The notes beneath the pieces are model-generated. The model worked only from the letters and a program-made list of their open reading frames with translations. It made no database searches and was not told the origin of the DNA. Below, one piece after another: positions 51,095 through 64,000 of a stretch of DNA of 64,000 nucleotides. The DNA is from Camelus ferus (lineage: Eukaryota). Position numbers and translations under genes: made by a program. Location of the stretch: NCBI RefSeq assembly GCF_009834535.1, contig NC_045696.1, forward strand, positions 47,742,001-47,806,000, given 5' to 3'. The first letter of the stretch is position 1. Every line of letters starts with the position of its first letter.

Positions 51095-51950
51095 TGGGTT
51101 CCTGAAGGGGTTAAACATTAAGTTACCATATGCCTTAGCAATTCCATTACTAGGTATATACCCTCCAAAATGAAAATACATGTCCCCACAAAAACTTGTA
51201 CATAAATGTTTACAGCAGAGTTTTTCATAATAGCCAAAAAGTGAAAATAACCCAATTGTTCTCCAGCTGATACAGGAAGCAGCCATGCAGGTGTGAGGAC
51301 TCTATAAAGAGAAGAGAGAGCTTAAAGAGCAGAAGATGCTGGGGATGAGACACAGAGGGACCAGACCACGCAGAGCCTTATATGCCAGGTTAAGACATTT
51401 ATTTTTTAATACTAAATAAAAGAGGAAGCAAAAGAATTGAAAGCAAGGACTCAGACAGATAGTTGTATGTAAATGTTCACTGCAGCATTATTCACAATAG
51501 TCAATACGTGGAAACAAGTGTTCATCAACGGATGAATGAGTCAACAATTTGTGATATATCCCTACAATGGAATATCATTCAGTCATAAAAAGGAATGAAA
51601 TTCTGATACATACCACATCCTGGATAAACCTTGGAAATATTATGGAAAAAGCCAGACAAAAAAGTACAAATACTGTACAAGTCTATTCATATGAAACATG
51701 TAGAATAGGTAAATTCATAGAGAAAGAAAGTAAATTAGATGTTACCAGTCACTGAGGGTAGGGGAAATGAGAAGTTATTGCTTAATGATTATAGAGTTTC
51801 TGTTTGGGATGATGAAAAAGTTTTAGAAGTAGATAGTGGTGATGGCTGCACAGTGCATATGTACTTAATTTCACGGAATTATACATTTAAATTGGTCAAA
51901 ACAGCAAATTTTATGTTTTATATATATATTTAATTACCATAATAACAAAT
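51095..51950 (+). mobile_element. Older L1MB-like 3' fragments interleaved with an L2 piece
   Basis: 'gttaccatatg...gcaattcca...ctaggtatatacc'; 'aatggaatatcattcagtcataaaaaggaatgaaattctgatacat...gtttctgtttgggatgatgaaaaagttttag'. Confidence 0.75.
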
Positions 51951-54900
51951 TTCAGGGAAAAAAAGAGGAAGGGAAGCCATTAAAAGTTTTAAAACAGTCT
52001 GTGTTGGGGTGTGGAGCATGGTATGATCAAATTTAGGTTTTGCAAAGATCACTTTGGTTGTAATATAGAAAAAGGAAGGATTGGATGAGTTCCAGGATGT
52101 ATGTGAGGAGACCAGTTAGATTTGCAGTGAAGGTGGGCCAAAGTGGACTTATTTGAAATATAAAAATTTATTTTTCATTTGTATAAATTTTGGATTGGTG
52201 ATTGGGTGAAAGTAGGGAGGTAATAAACATGTCAGTCCAGGGAATGCTAGAATAAGTCCAACTTTGGGTATGATAGGTTGTGTAATGTTCATGGAGTGAT
52301 ATCAAGTAGACAGTCTGCCATATGAGGTCTAGCTCAATGGAAATGTATAGACTGAGTATATACTCAAATCTCTCTTCTAAAAACTGTGATATTGTTGAGA
52401 CCACAAGACTAGATAATACAGACAAATTAGGAGAAAATACAAAATTATAGTTGATCAAATACCAAAATGTTTGGTATCTAATAATAATTTTTCAAAACTA
52501 TGGAGATACAGAAAAGGGAGAGATAAGTGAGTCCAGAAATACCAGAATATATTACTTGAGGGATGGAATTAGTGGTGCCTGGGAAGATAGACAAGATTTG
52601 GTTTATCGGAGAGAAGAAGACAAGGCACAAATTTCAACAGGGCCAGTAGCGGAAAATCTGTACTAATTAGAGACTTAAAAGGCTCAGCAAAGATAGAACT
52701 AAAGAAACAACTGGGGCTGTGACAGATGGCGTAACAATAGGATACATCACCACCCACTGGGTTCTTCAGCTCATGGACATAAGTCCAGAGAAGGCCAGGT
52801 GTGCTGGCCTCTCACCGCAGGGCCTCTGAAGCAGCCTGGCCTCCTAGCAGGACTCCAGCTTTCCTGCTGAACCTCTCCTCTGAGAGCCAGCCATCATGCT
52901 TGACTTGGCACTAAGAGCCTCACCACTCTGCAGAGCACCCTTGCTGTTCCCTGTAGGAGGGGCCACCTGGCCTTGGGAAGGTGCCATTAAAGAAGGACCC
53001 AGGGCTATCAATGACTGCCACAGAGCCAGCTAATGGAGGTGAGCCAATAAGAAAGCAGTATTCAAAGAGGAGCATCACCCTGTGGCTCTGAGCACAGCAG
53101 ACCCCTTTCAGTCACAGTGATTCATAATACATCCCCACCTGAGTCAGAAGTTAAAATCCTAGATCCATTGAATGGAACTTGGCATAATGAAGGTCTGGTG
53201 CAGTGTAATAGGTTTAGCGTCTCTATCCAGACCTATCTATTATTAAGACTTATGGTTTTGAGATGGGAAAATGCATCAGATCAGCTGAAATTTCAAAAAG
53301 GAAGAAAATATCTATTGTTGAAGAAACTATGAAACCAACACTCTTGATATATATATATATTTTAAAGCAGTTTGGCAGTATAATAAATTTTCCTTAAAAT
53401 TGGCACAGTCATTCTATCTCAAGGAAATAATCCTTAAGAAATAATCTAAAGTACAAAAATAAGTTTCATGCACAAAGATGTTCATTATAGAATTGTTTAA
53501 AATAGTAAAAAATTGAAAAAATCTTAATGTCCAGAGATTAGGGAGTGGTTAAGTAAATTAAGATATTACCATGCATTATAATACTAGTCATAAAAAATAT
53601 TTTTATAAAGATTTATTATTTTTATTCGTTAAATTTAAAAATTTTTATATTTAACATTAAGCCACAAAACCAAAGCAAAAAAAATTGCATATAGAATGGG
53701 AGCTCAAATATGCTAAGAAAAAAACAATAGTTAAACAACAAAATAAATAGTAATCTCTGTGGTTCATGGGATTATAGGTGATTTTTTAAATCTCCAGCTC
53801 TACTTTATAGATTTTCTGCAATGAGTAGATGCTATTTTGTCATTGTAAATAAATAAACATCTAATCAGAAAGAACAGAAAACAAAAAAGGGAAGGTAAAT
53901 TGGTAATTATGATTGAATTATGTTACTAATACGGGATTCAAAATTATGTTACAATTTGTCCTGTCTATTGACCACAAACACTGGCTTTCTTCTACCCAAA
54001 GTCATCCCTGTTAGTCCCATATTAAGTCAGTGGAATACCACTGTCAGAGGAAGTTCCAGGACAGGCATCTTTGTATGTTTGCCATCAGGAAGCTGGCCGA
54101 CCTGAGTTTGGAAGGAAGTTTTCCCGCCTCATGAGTGTCAAATACTGATTTCAGCATGGCCCCTGCATTATCACACCTAGTGTGGCAGGGTGCAAGGCCA
54201 GCAGGGGCAGCCTAGACTGTCAGCTGGTGCACTGGGCTTTGCCAGCCTTGCTGAGTGGCTAGCCAGCTTGAAAAGGCAACAGGAAGCAGATGGCCAGCAG
54301 TCCCTTCTTTGGCTGGCCTGTGAGAGCCATCTGGAGAAGAGGAAATTGGTCCGCCGCCTGGAGAGGAAGTTGCCTGTAATAAATAACTCTGATCCTCACA
54401 TTTTACAATCTACAGTGTCCAGGGAGGAACCCAGGAATATCTGCTTCAGGAGCTGAGGGGAACAATCCAAAGCATCACAGTTCATAGGATATATATATAT
54501 ATGGCAACCTTACTGGAGGAGGGAGCTTTCTGGGGGCCAGGAGCCCACAAGTCTCCACAACCCCACTAATACAGTCAGTAGCTCACGGTGGCATTGGGAA
54601 TGCCAGTGAAGCAGACGCAGAGAACGCAGGCCTGCAGGCTGGACACTAGCACACTGTGCGGGATCCTCCATCCTCCTGTATTTGCCTCTCAGTCTCCAGG
54701 TTCTCCAGCTGCCCTCCATGCTGCTGAGTTAAAACGGGTTCAGCAAGGAACCATTTGCAGCCTCAGTCCAGTTACTCCATGTGTCTTCAGATGCTTTCCC
54801 TTTGATTTAAATTTCTGGCTCCCCAAATGGAGGTTATAATCCCCAGTTGTTTAGTGGTGGGAGTACCTGTTCCAGAAGCTGAAATTTAAATAAATGGGTG

Positions 54901-55769
54901 TTCAAGTGAGGGCCAGATGAAAAGAGAGAAAGAGGTGAAATGAGATACTCAGTCTCCTGCTCCTGAGGGTCAATGTGCCATCCCTTCCTTGTGCTCTCCT
55001 GCAGCTCTGTAACACACAAATGGCCAGATGGACATTACTCTCTGATTAAGGGCCTCCAGACCCTCTCAGATGCCACCATGGGCAGCCCGGTGTAAACTCA
55101 TATAGTGACTCTGAGCAAATAGAAAAAGTACCCCTTCCAGGCTGATGAAGCCCCTCTCCTGGGCACGTGATGGGGGTCGGGAGGAGCAAGGCCTGGATTT
55201 CAGACCTCAGTCATCCCTTTGGTTGTGCTAATGCAGTGACCAACCAGAGACCCCGCCTGTGGGGTTTAGCCAGCCTAACTTTATCACCAACACAAAAATA
55301 GGGCCCAAATTTTACCATTGGCATAAACTGCCATTCACTCAAGGACCTCAGTAACCATGGTTTAATTATGCATGCATGCACCAATTCAACAAACAACTAT
55401 CAAGGACTAACTCTGTGCTAGAGGCAAAGATAAAACATTGAGTGAGGCATGATCTCTACCTATAAAGGCTTCCTTATGGTAAGGGAAATAGAAGTTAAAT
55501 ATATATATATAAAATTTAATTAAAATATATATACACATATATGTGTATGTGTATATATCATATAAATACATCTCTCACGTATTTGAGATATATAACAAAT
55601 GTTTGAAAGCATGAGAGGAAAAATCTCTTCTGCAAGTGTAAGTTAGGGTAAAAATAAAGGCATTTTAGTTGGTTTTTAAAGCTGTGGGTTAGACTTTGCT
55701 TTTCAGAAATCTTACATTTATGGGGGTTGTAAACAAACTCAATTCAAAATGTAAATTTTGCAGCTTCTC

Positions 55770-56150
55770 AAGCTATATTGCACAGCCATGTGACAAAGTT
55801 CTATACAATGACATGTAAGTATATGATGTGAGACTTCCAAGAAGTTTCCTTAAAGGGAAAGAAATGAATATTTCTCTTCTTCTTCTTGTCAGCCTGGAAC
55901 TCAAATGCGATGGTTAGAGCTCTAGAAGCCACCGTGGGTTATGAGTGCATTTAAGAAGTATGGAAGTGTGTGCTGACAATGGTAAGACAGGAAGATAGGA
56001 GTCTGGGGCTGAGATAACCGTGGGGTTGCCACACCATCCTTGGACTGCCTATCTCTTGACTTATTTTATGTGAGAGAAATTTAAATAAGTGGTATGAACC
56101 ACTTATAACACTTGTTTCCCTGTCCCATAAATTCAAATTTAATCCTAATG
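55770..56150 (+). mobile_element. Old MaLR LTR fragment (MLT1J/K-like)
   Basis: 'agccatgtgacaaagttct...gcctggaactcaaatgcgatgg...ccatccttggactgcctatctc...tgtgagagaaat'. Confidence 0.6.
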
Positions 56151-58009
56151 ACTTAGAAACTTAAAGGGGTAGGTTGTGTTTTAAAAAAATGACATAATGG
56201 TTGGCGAGAGTGGATAAAGGGTATGGTGAAAAATAAAGATAGGTATTCTGGAAGCAGATTGATTAGGTTTTGCCATTAGAAGGGATTTGGGTGTCTTTCC
56301 ATACAAAAGGGACATGATCATCATTGTTTCTTTGTAAACTGTATAAAGTGGATTAGAGAGGGGAGAAATTTGTGGCAAGAAAGTCATTTAGAAAACTTGC
56401 TAAGACTATAGGTGAAAGATGAAAAAGGGTAGGGGAAGGTAGAAGCAATAAGGATGGAAAATATGTGACCAGTTCACAAGACATTTCTGAGGTAGAATTA
56501 AAAACTTGCCCTCCCAATGCATAAGGAGGATGGAATTCATGATTCCATCTTGGTGGATGGTCATAGCATTAGCTAGAGCAGGGATGCAGGAGGAGAAACA
56601 GATCAGGAGGCAGGTTCTAATCAAGTTCCCCTGGTAACTATGTCTCCTGATGTTATGAAAAATCACTTAACCTCCAGAAATTAAAGTCAAAGAGGTAACA
56701 AAATAGGCAGTGTGCTGAGGTAAAGATGGGAGGTGAAGCCTGAGGGGTTTCCCTTGGCCTGATAAAGCGACTAATAAAGTGTATTTTCTGATGGTTTACT
56801 AGGTTATAAAAGAAAAAGGATGAGGTATTATGGAAAGCTGCACAAACATCAGGGAGCTAAATTTTCTTATGTGTTAAAGAAACATCCATTTTCTACCAGA
56901 TCTTTTTATTTCCACTCTAATTGAGCTATGAGAATAGAACAAAAGAGAACTGACTTCAGGGACTACTAGGAATCCAGCCCTGTTGAGTGGTCTTCCTAAG
57001 AAAGATGTAATATTTTTTTATTTTTATTTAGAATAAACTCAATACCCTTGTACACAGATGAATTATGACCTCTAACAGTCACTCACAGTGTGTGGTCCTA
57101 CAAGAGATCTACCCCCTCTGATGTTTCCCCAATTGGCTTCTGCCTCCTTTTTTCTTTCTTTTTTTTTTTTTAATAAGCCCATTCCATCATCCCATTCAGC
57201 CTTATTCCTACTGCCAGCCAAATTCTGCAATCAATTCTCAACCTACAATGAAATTTTCATCAGATGAGCCATTGCAGTTGATGGAGATATTCGTGTCTCC
57301 AGGAAGTGGACAAGATGCCCTAATCGGACTTTTTCATTTCTACCTCCAGTGATACCATGAATACAACACAGCCAGCAGCATGCTCAGCATTGTGAAAGAG
57401 CTGAACTTTTATATCTTTAGAATAATCAGTGCTCATTAGAAGCAGAATAGTGTAAATTAGTGATCCTATCACTGGAAGTTAGAACATGGGTGTTTTATTC
57501 CGAGCTTTATTACTGATTTACCACGAGACCTTAATTGACATGCTGCATTTTCCTTAGCCTTATTTTCTGTAGCCAGAGAATCTGAGCCTGCTTTCATTCT
57601 GATTATTGGAGCTATTAGACATGAATAGGAGCATAGATAATAAAAGTCATTTTCATTTGGCTTGAGAATTATTAATTTACATTTGTGAAGCTAATTTTTC
57701 AGGAAGTCACAGTTTTTGAAACCAGAAAATAAAGCCACACTGTAAAAACTGATTTAGGAAAAATTGGAAAATTTATATATATGTGTGTATGTGTGTGTGT
57801 CTATATCTTTTGTATCTCATTACCCTTTCTTCCTTCCTTCCTCCCTTCCTCCCTCCCTTCCTTCCTTCATTCTTTCACTACCCAAAGTAAATTTGTCCTT
57901 CCTCTTTCTTTCCAAACAAGTGTTGTAGATCTCACCTTGCCTAGAGTCTAGAATATAAGTGAGTTAGTTTTTAAGAAGGGAAGTTGAAACTCCTGGACTT
58001 TAAACATTC

Positions 58010-58150
58010 ATATTGTATATTATAGGGAACTATATTTGATATCTTGTGAAAAAGAATATGAAAACAAATATATGTATATTCATGTATGACTGAAGCATTG
58101 TGCTGTACACAGAAACTGACAGAATATTCAATTAAAAAGGAAAAAAAAAT
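58010..58150 (+). mobile_element. Short young L1 3' terminus
   Basis: 'agggaactatatttgatatcttgt...gaaaaagaatatg...gtatgactgaagcattgtgctgtacacagaaactgac' plus an A-rich tail. Confidence 0.7.
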
Positions 58151-60043
58151 ACCCACTTATATTTATAATATCTGTTGCCAAGTAAGATAGCCAGGAAAAA
58201 AAAAACTGGATCAGATTACAAGTATCAAGGTCCAAGGTAAGAAAAATCCATGCACACTGATTTCAATGTCTTCCTTCTTTGAATCTCCTCCAGGTAAGTA
58301 GCCAGAATGGGTTTCCATGACTGCCTGGTCACAGGCTTTCAACCAGTAATCCCTGAAAAGTTAGAGAAGACACATGGCCATATTGCCACATGCTGTGTGC
58401 CCTGCGGCCTTCCTTGCCTTTAACCTCTCTTGATGAGGTAATCTGTCAAATTGTTAGTAGCTTAGCAATTAGGGAATACTCTTCACAGTGTCCTCTGGTC
58501 ATCACTAACCTCAAAGTATTTAATTTGACTATCGTTATTTTTCTGAGGAACAGTGCACTTTATGCTGTGTCTTTACTTGCCCATCATAATTCATAAAGGT
58601 TTGTCAGCATTAATACTTATCAGGGAACATCAAAAGCCTTGCCCTTCCTAACTTTAAGAAGTCTTTGCTCTGGCTTTTCCAGAATCCTGCCAAAAATGAT
58701 TTTGTCATTTAAATAGATAAATGCCTCTAGGTAATTTATGTTTCCCCAGTTACCTTCTCCATTAAACACTGAAAACTGGCAGAGGCCCTGGAAACATTTT
58801 TGGGCACCCTTTCAAATTGAAACTTCACCCTCATTTCACACACAGGGCAGATGAAGTAGATTTTTGTCTTGGTCCTATTTAGCCATGGGTATTTGATCAT
58901 TCTTACTCTTCAAGTCCAATGTCTCCCTGGTACACCGTAGAAAGTGGTTCAAACTCCAGGGACAGGATACGAGTTTATTTCAGTGCACTATTACTCAGAA
59001 TGCCATAGTCCATGGAATTATACTTCGTCAGGTTTCTTTCATACCACCATCCTGACTCATGCCTAAGGCTCTGGGATTTGGATATAATGGTACTGATAGA
59101 CAACTCTTTAGTATACTCATGTATGTTTAATTTCATACCTTACAATCTACCTAGAATGCTTCTGGAAAGTGTGTGGATCATTTTTATTCTATTCTTTGTT
59201 GTCTCTCTGAATGTAACATATTTCCTATTCACAGAAGAAGAAAAAATGCTGATGTCTTAAAAAGTTTTCCTCCTGGCTTGTCATTCCCTTCATTGGGTAC
59301 TGAGATATCCTCAAAATCCAAACATTTTAACTTTAATTTGGGAGATACTACAGATGCAAATCTAGTTAGAAAAGTAAGGTTTTTATGGCATATATCTGTT
59401 TGGCCAATATGCCCATTCTTTCTTTTTTTAGGCAGCAGCAAATAAACATGAATAGAAAAGCACATTTAAAATGAAGGTCTGCCTGTGCTGACACTGCTGG
59501 ACTCACCCTTACAGAAAATTGGAATTCATTTTTATAAGCAATGACACACTCCACAGGCCTCCCAGATAGGTGCATATAACGCTGGATTATCCACCTTCTA
59601 AAGGATCCCAGAGACATTGAGAGAAATTCTAGTCTAACATTAAAAACAAACAAACAAAAGAATAATTCCTTGAACTTAATACATGCAGGCTCAAAACCAT
59701 CTACCTCTCCATTGTGGGATGGTAATACTATCTCCCCTTAGGGTGAGAGCCAGGTTTTTAGGGACTTCAGCCTTATAAAATTTAAGATCTCTTTTTAAGA
59801 GAAAAAAACACAAAGTTACATATGCAAGATTTCAGACAAGAATGTTGGCCAAGGAACACAAAGATGAATATTTTAAGGTATTTTCTCCTTATTCTTAAGC
59901 ATCAAATAGGAAGTCTCTCATATTCTCTCAAGAATTTTGCTCCTTCAGTTATCCCTTCTCTCTTCTGCAATCAACCAACCTTTCCTCCCCGCTGGATCAT
60001 TCTTCTTATGCAAAGATGTGTTATGATTATTCATCCTTAAAAG

Positions 60044-60534
60044 TGTCACTGGAAAAACCCATTAACCATTCCCAGGAAATTAAAAATAGAATCTGGGTAA
60101 TAAAATAAAGTCTAACCTTTTTTTCCCCCCTTTTGTCTTAGTCTTATGAGTTTCACCTGCTCATGGGGCATCATTTCAGGCCAGAGTTCCTAGTGCTAAA
60201 TGGCTGCAACCAACACTTCTGTATATGGGCCGTGTGCAGAGATGCTGCATGTGGCACTTCAATCCGGAGCACAATGAGCAGCATGGCTGCACCCACCCAC
60301 CAGAACTCTGGCTCCTTCCTCTCCCTGCCAACAAGAACCCTATAAAGCAGCCCTACCCTTGGCCTTTCGGGAAGACCATGTAACTCTAGAGTGTGAACTC
60401 ACACCACTCCATTCTTTGATCAAAGGATGAAGCTTTCCTTTGCTTCTAAACTGAACTCCATTTTGTTTCATTGACTCAAATGAGACCAGGCAGAAGAACC
60501 CTTGTTGGGTACCTACTTGGGAGGGCCAGTAACA
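60044..60534 (+). mobile_element. 5' LTR of an ERV1 (gamma-like) provirus
   Basis: TG...CA termini with inverted ends TGTCACTGG / CCAGTAACA; TATAAA at 60341; a PBS follows 6 nt downstream. Confidence 0.85.
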
Positions 60535-60540
60535 AAATTT

Positions 60541-60558
60541 TGGCGACCATGAAGGTAC
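60541..60558 (+). promoter_or_regulatory. Retroviral primer-binding site, tRNA-Arg-like
   Basis: TGGCGACCATGAAGGTAC is close to the complement of a tRNA-Arg 3' end (TGGCGACCACGAAGGGA, recalled rather than searched). Confidence 0.75.
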
Positions 60559-61184
60559 AGACTATGGACTTTTTACCTACACCTATCCACCAGGCTCTAG
60601 GCTTGCAGACCTCCAGGGGTCAACAATAACCTGCTCTATAGTCACTTTTGGTTTGGTAAAGGAAAGTGGCCAGCCCTGTGTGCCAAGAGGCGAGACCAGG
60701 AAAAGGCCCATTTAATAAGGAGCACCTGGCAAAATGGAATGATGCTGCTCAATATGAGTTTAAAGAAAGGCAATGTGATGCCTAAGTGTAGAAGTGTCCC
60801 AAGGTAGGTACATGACCTCTTCTGGTCAGTGCTAGTGTCTCTGAGGTGGGATGGAGAGTTCTGTGAGCTGCTCAAAAGACCAGAAACCTCATTATTGGGA
60901 AGTCCTATGAGCTGCTGGCAAGAACAGGAAACACTCACTGTCTGACCTCTCCTCCCCTCTCTGCTTGTGAGGTGAATCTTGGGTGACTGTTTATCGACCG
61001 AGGTTCCATGAGCTCGCCTCCCTGTATCAGCACAGATACCAGCTGTCCCGGTGTTCTGGTGAGTACCCTGTGGGAATCCCATGTGTTTTCAGCTCTCAAC
61101 TGGCAGGAAGTCTAAAAACTCCTCCTTTTCTCCAGAAAGAGTGAAAGAGAAGACCACCGCCACAGACAGCTGTGCCACTCCCTA

Positions 61185-62445
61185 ATGGACCAAGTTAGCC
61201 AGGAAATAACATGGTTAAACTGCTCTGGATGGGAGGTAGTCCCATCTAAACTCCTGTGGGATATTCTTACTGAGGAAGGACTAACTACAGACTTAAGGGG
61301 GGCCCTGGTACATCCAAGTCCATACCATTTGGATGCCTTCCATTTTGGTCTTTGGTCTATCAGTTTGGTGCTGGTTCCAAATTTCCTGAGCCAGAAATCT
61401 TATTTGGGTCAAATCTTCTAGTATTTACATGACTAATTACCAGCCAGGGTGCAACAACCCACCAGGAAAAGTACTCCCTTTGAAGCAGGTCCCCAGTAGA
61501 GAAGGGTGCATCCAGATGCACATCCTATTTACCACTTTTGACCTGTATAACTTGAAGGCTCATAGTAAGGGATTGAGGGAAGATCCAGAGGGGTACCTGA
61601 ATCTGATTAGGGGAATCTTTTAGACTCAGGAACCCACCTGGGCTGACCTCCAGAGCCTCCTCAAAGTACTCCTAACAGGGGAAGAAAAGGCCACAATTTT
61701 CAAAATCCCAAGAAAAAGCAAACAAAGAGAACAGAAACAATGCAGGTTATGCTATTTTCAGACTGGGGAGTCAAGCAGTCCTAGATAATGAACCCACCTG
61801 GGACCAATGAGACAATGGAGAAGAGGGTGAAAGACAGAGGCTGACCCATTATAAAAGTATGATCCTAAAGAGAATCCAGACAGCAGGACAGAAACCTGTC
61901 AACTGGAATAAGATACAGGAAATCAATCAGAAGCCAACAGAAAATCCTTAGCATTAGAGCACCTCAGGGAATGCCTCCATATCTACCACCACTGACCCTG
62001 AGTCATTGGAAGGGAATGCAATCTGGAGGTAGCATTTCATTTCCCAAAGTGCCCCCCAATATTAGGTGTAAACATCAGAAAATGGAAATAGAACCAGATG
62101 CCCCTACCCCTCACCTGGTCAAGGTTGCCTACCGGGCATTTAATAAGTGAAATATATAAGAGGAAAAGTCAGAGTATAAAAAGGCCTAAAGGCAAACCCA
62201 CCTCCTGGCTGTTGCCCTCCAGTATTGACCATTCAGCACAGGAATCTGGCCTAATTGCCCACAGAGAGTCTCCACTCTGGTGAGTGATCCCTGAACCCCA
62301 ACAAGGGATAGCAAACCAAGGAAACTAGGACCCAATCATTGTGCCATATGTAAATAAGAGGGATACTGAAAGGGAGAATGCCTTGAAAATGGAAGATTCT
62401 GGTCACTACCCTCAAAGGCAGATGATCCAAATAGATGAAGAATGA
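61185..62445 (+). pseudogene. gag: Decayed ERV gag (capsid, major homology region, single CCHC knuckle)
   Basis: Motifs FTTFDLYNLK, EDPEGY, EPTWADLQSLL, INQKPTENP and CAICK*EGY*KGEC (~62340); many stops and frameshifts; start approximate. Confidence 0.8.
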
Positions 62446-64000
62446 TGGGGCCAGGGAGCTCCTAAGCTGGCACTCCAATTGACCCCTGAGGATCCCCAGC
62501 TGACATTGGACATAGGGGAAAAGACTGTCAAATTCTTAATTGACACCAGTGTCACTTACTTGGTTCTAAACACCAGACGAGTCACAAAAAGTGTAAAATT
62601 ATGGGGCTATCAGGGAAGGGCCAAGAACAGGCATTCATAGAGCAATCAGAATGTAAACTGAGTGAACATGCGCTCTCTCATTCCTTCCTTATGTCCCCAA
62701 ATGCCCTATATCTCTGCTAGAAAGAGATATCTTGCATAAATTGGGGGCTACTATCCACCTAATGGGAAACAAATTGAAGACTGGCATCCCCTTAGACAAA
62801 GGGGCCTAGATGATAATGTTAATGGCTGAGGAAAAACCTCCCTGGACAGAGCAGGTTGTTCTCCCTGGAATAAATCTTGAGTAAATCAGGGACAAGGGGG
62901 ACAAGTTGTAGGGGCCAGTCCTGGGATGGTCCATCTAAAACCTGGACATAATGGCCCAATAGAAAACAATATCCTCTCCCTCGGGAGGCCTTGTTGGGTA
63001 TTGCCCCTGTTATACAGGCCTAACTAGCCAGGGCCTTATTAGACCATATCAGCCAGCCGGTAATCACCTCTTTCTCCCTGTAAAGAAACCCAATAGGGAA
63101 TACTAAATAGAATAGGACCTTAGGGCAGTCAGTGAAGCCACCTGGGATATATATCGAGTAGTCCCTAATCCTTATATCCTGCTGGCCACTCTACCAGCAG
63201 GTAACTACCCTCACTTACCACATAAAATCCAGGAGCAAGTATTGGTATATGGCTCCCAAAATACCTCAACACATGCTCTGTTCTCCACCACTGCCACCGT
63301 CATCTACTCACCTGGACTAATGTGAGGAACCTCCTCCTGGTAATCTGTATTAGATTTAAAAGATGCCTTCTTCTATATTCCATTAGCCCCAGAGTCACAA
63401 GAATTTTTTCTTTTGAGTGGCAGGATACAAACATGAAACACAAAAAAGCAACACTGCTGGACAGTCCTGTCCCAAGGGTTCAAAAATTCCCCCACCATCT
63501 TTGGGGAAACTTAAGCTAAAGACCCAAAAGATATACCTCTGGAGGAGGGAACCCTCCTCCCATATATAAACAACATTCTATTTGCCAGCCCTACCAATGA
63601 GGCCTCTAACAAAAATACTGTAACCACCTTAAACTAGCCCATAAAGGATATAAGGTGTCCAAGAAAGAAGCTTGAATATCATAAACTAGGGTGACCTGCC
63701 TAGGCTTCATTCTCATAAAAAGTCAAAGAAGTCTACTCCAGGAAAGGAAAGAAGTCATTTGCGGCTTCACATCTCCTAAAACTAGAAGACAGCTTAGGAG
63801 TTTCCTGGGGGTGGCTGGGTTTAGTCCCATCTGGATCCCTAACTATGGTCTAATAGCTAGACCTCTACATGAAAAATTGAAAAGAAAGGATGATGATCCT
63901 TTTGAATGGGATTCAGAATGTGAAGGGGTCTTTCAAGAATTGAAAAAGCAATTACTTCAGGCCCTGGCCCTCCCAGATTTAGCTAAACACTTTGACTTCA
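62446..64000 (+). pseudogene. pol: Decayed ERV pro-pol (protease, reverse transcriptase), running off the window
   Basis: FLIDTSVTYLVL (protease DTG-like, ~62533), KQYPLPREA, LPVKKPN, DLRAV, VVPNPYILL, VLDLKDAFF, QGFKNSPTIF, YINN in place of YxDD (63563), LRSFLGVAGF, ALALPDL. Confidence 0.9.

Noticed and set aside
60642..61082. 146-aa minus-strand ORF
   Set aside because: Antisense to the ERV leader, with no recognisable domain or splice context.
1..64000. CRISPR arrays, operons or other prokaryotic systems
   Set aside because: The sequence is mammalian; no repeat-spacer structure or gene-dense coding.

Overview
Mammalian genomic DNA, AT-rich and repeat-dense. It is probably from a camelid, because it carries a tRNA-Ala-derived SINE matching my recollection of the camelid Vic-1 family. 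The only protein-coding gene I can support is a small four-exon + strand gene. It has a TATA promoter near 6425, a non-coding exon 1 ending at 6488, and coding exons at 6589-6637, 17809-17942 and 19332-19421. These splice into an intact 90-aa ORF that I recognise as the orthologue of the uncharacterised human C3orf85. The protein is built like a secreted prepro-peptide: signal peptide, 17-aa propeptide, RLKR convertase site, then a 53-aa mature peptide with an amphipathic helix. The ORF track captures only one of its exons. The rest of the window is interspersed repeats (L1, L2, MIR, MaLR/ERVL LTRs, hAT DNA transposons, microsatellites). At 45.8-51.1 kb there is a cluster of 5'-inverted L1s. 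From 60044 to the window end lies a decayed gamma-like (ERV1) provirus with LTR, tRNA-Arg PBS, gag, pro and RT; its RT carries an in-frame ~129-bp insertion that looks L2-derived. Repeat family names and boundaries are by eye and approximate.
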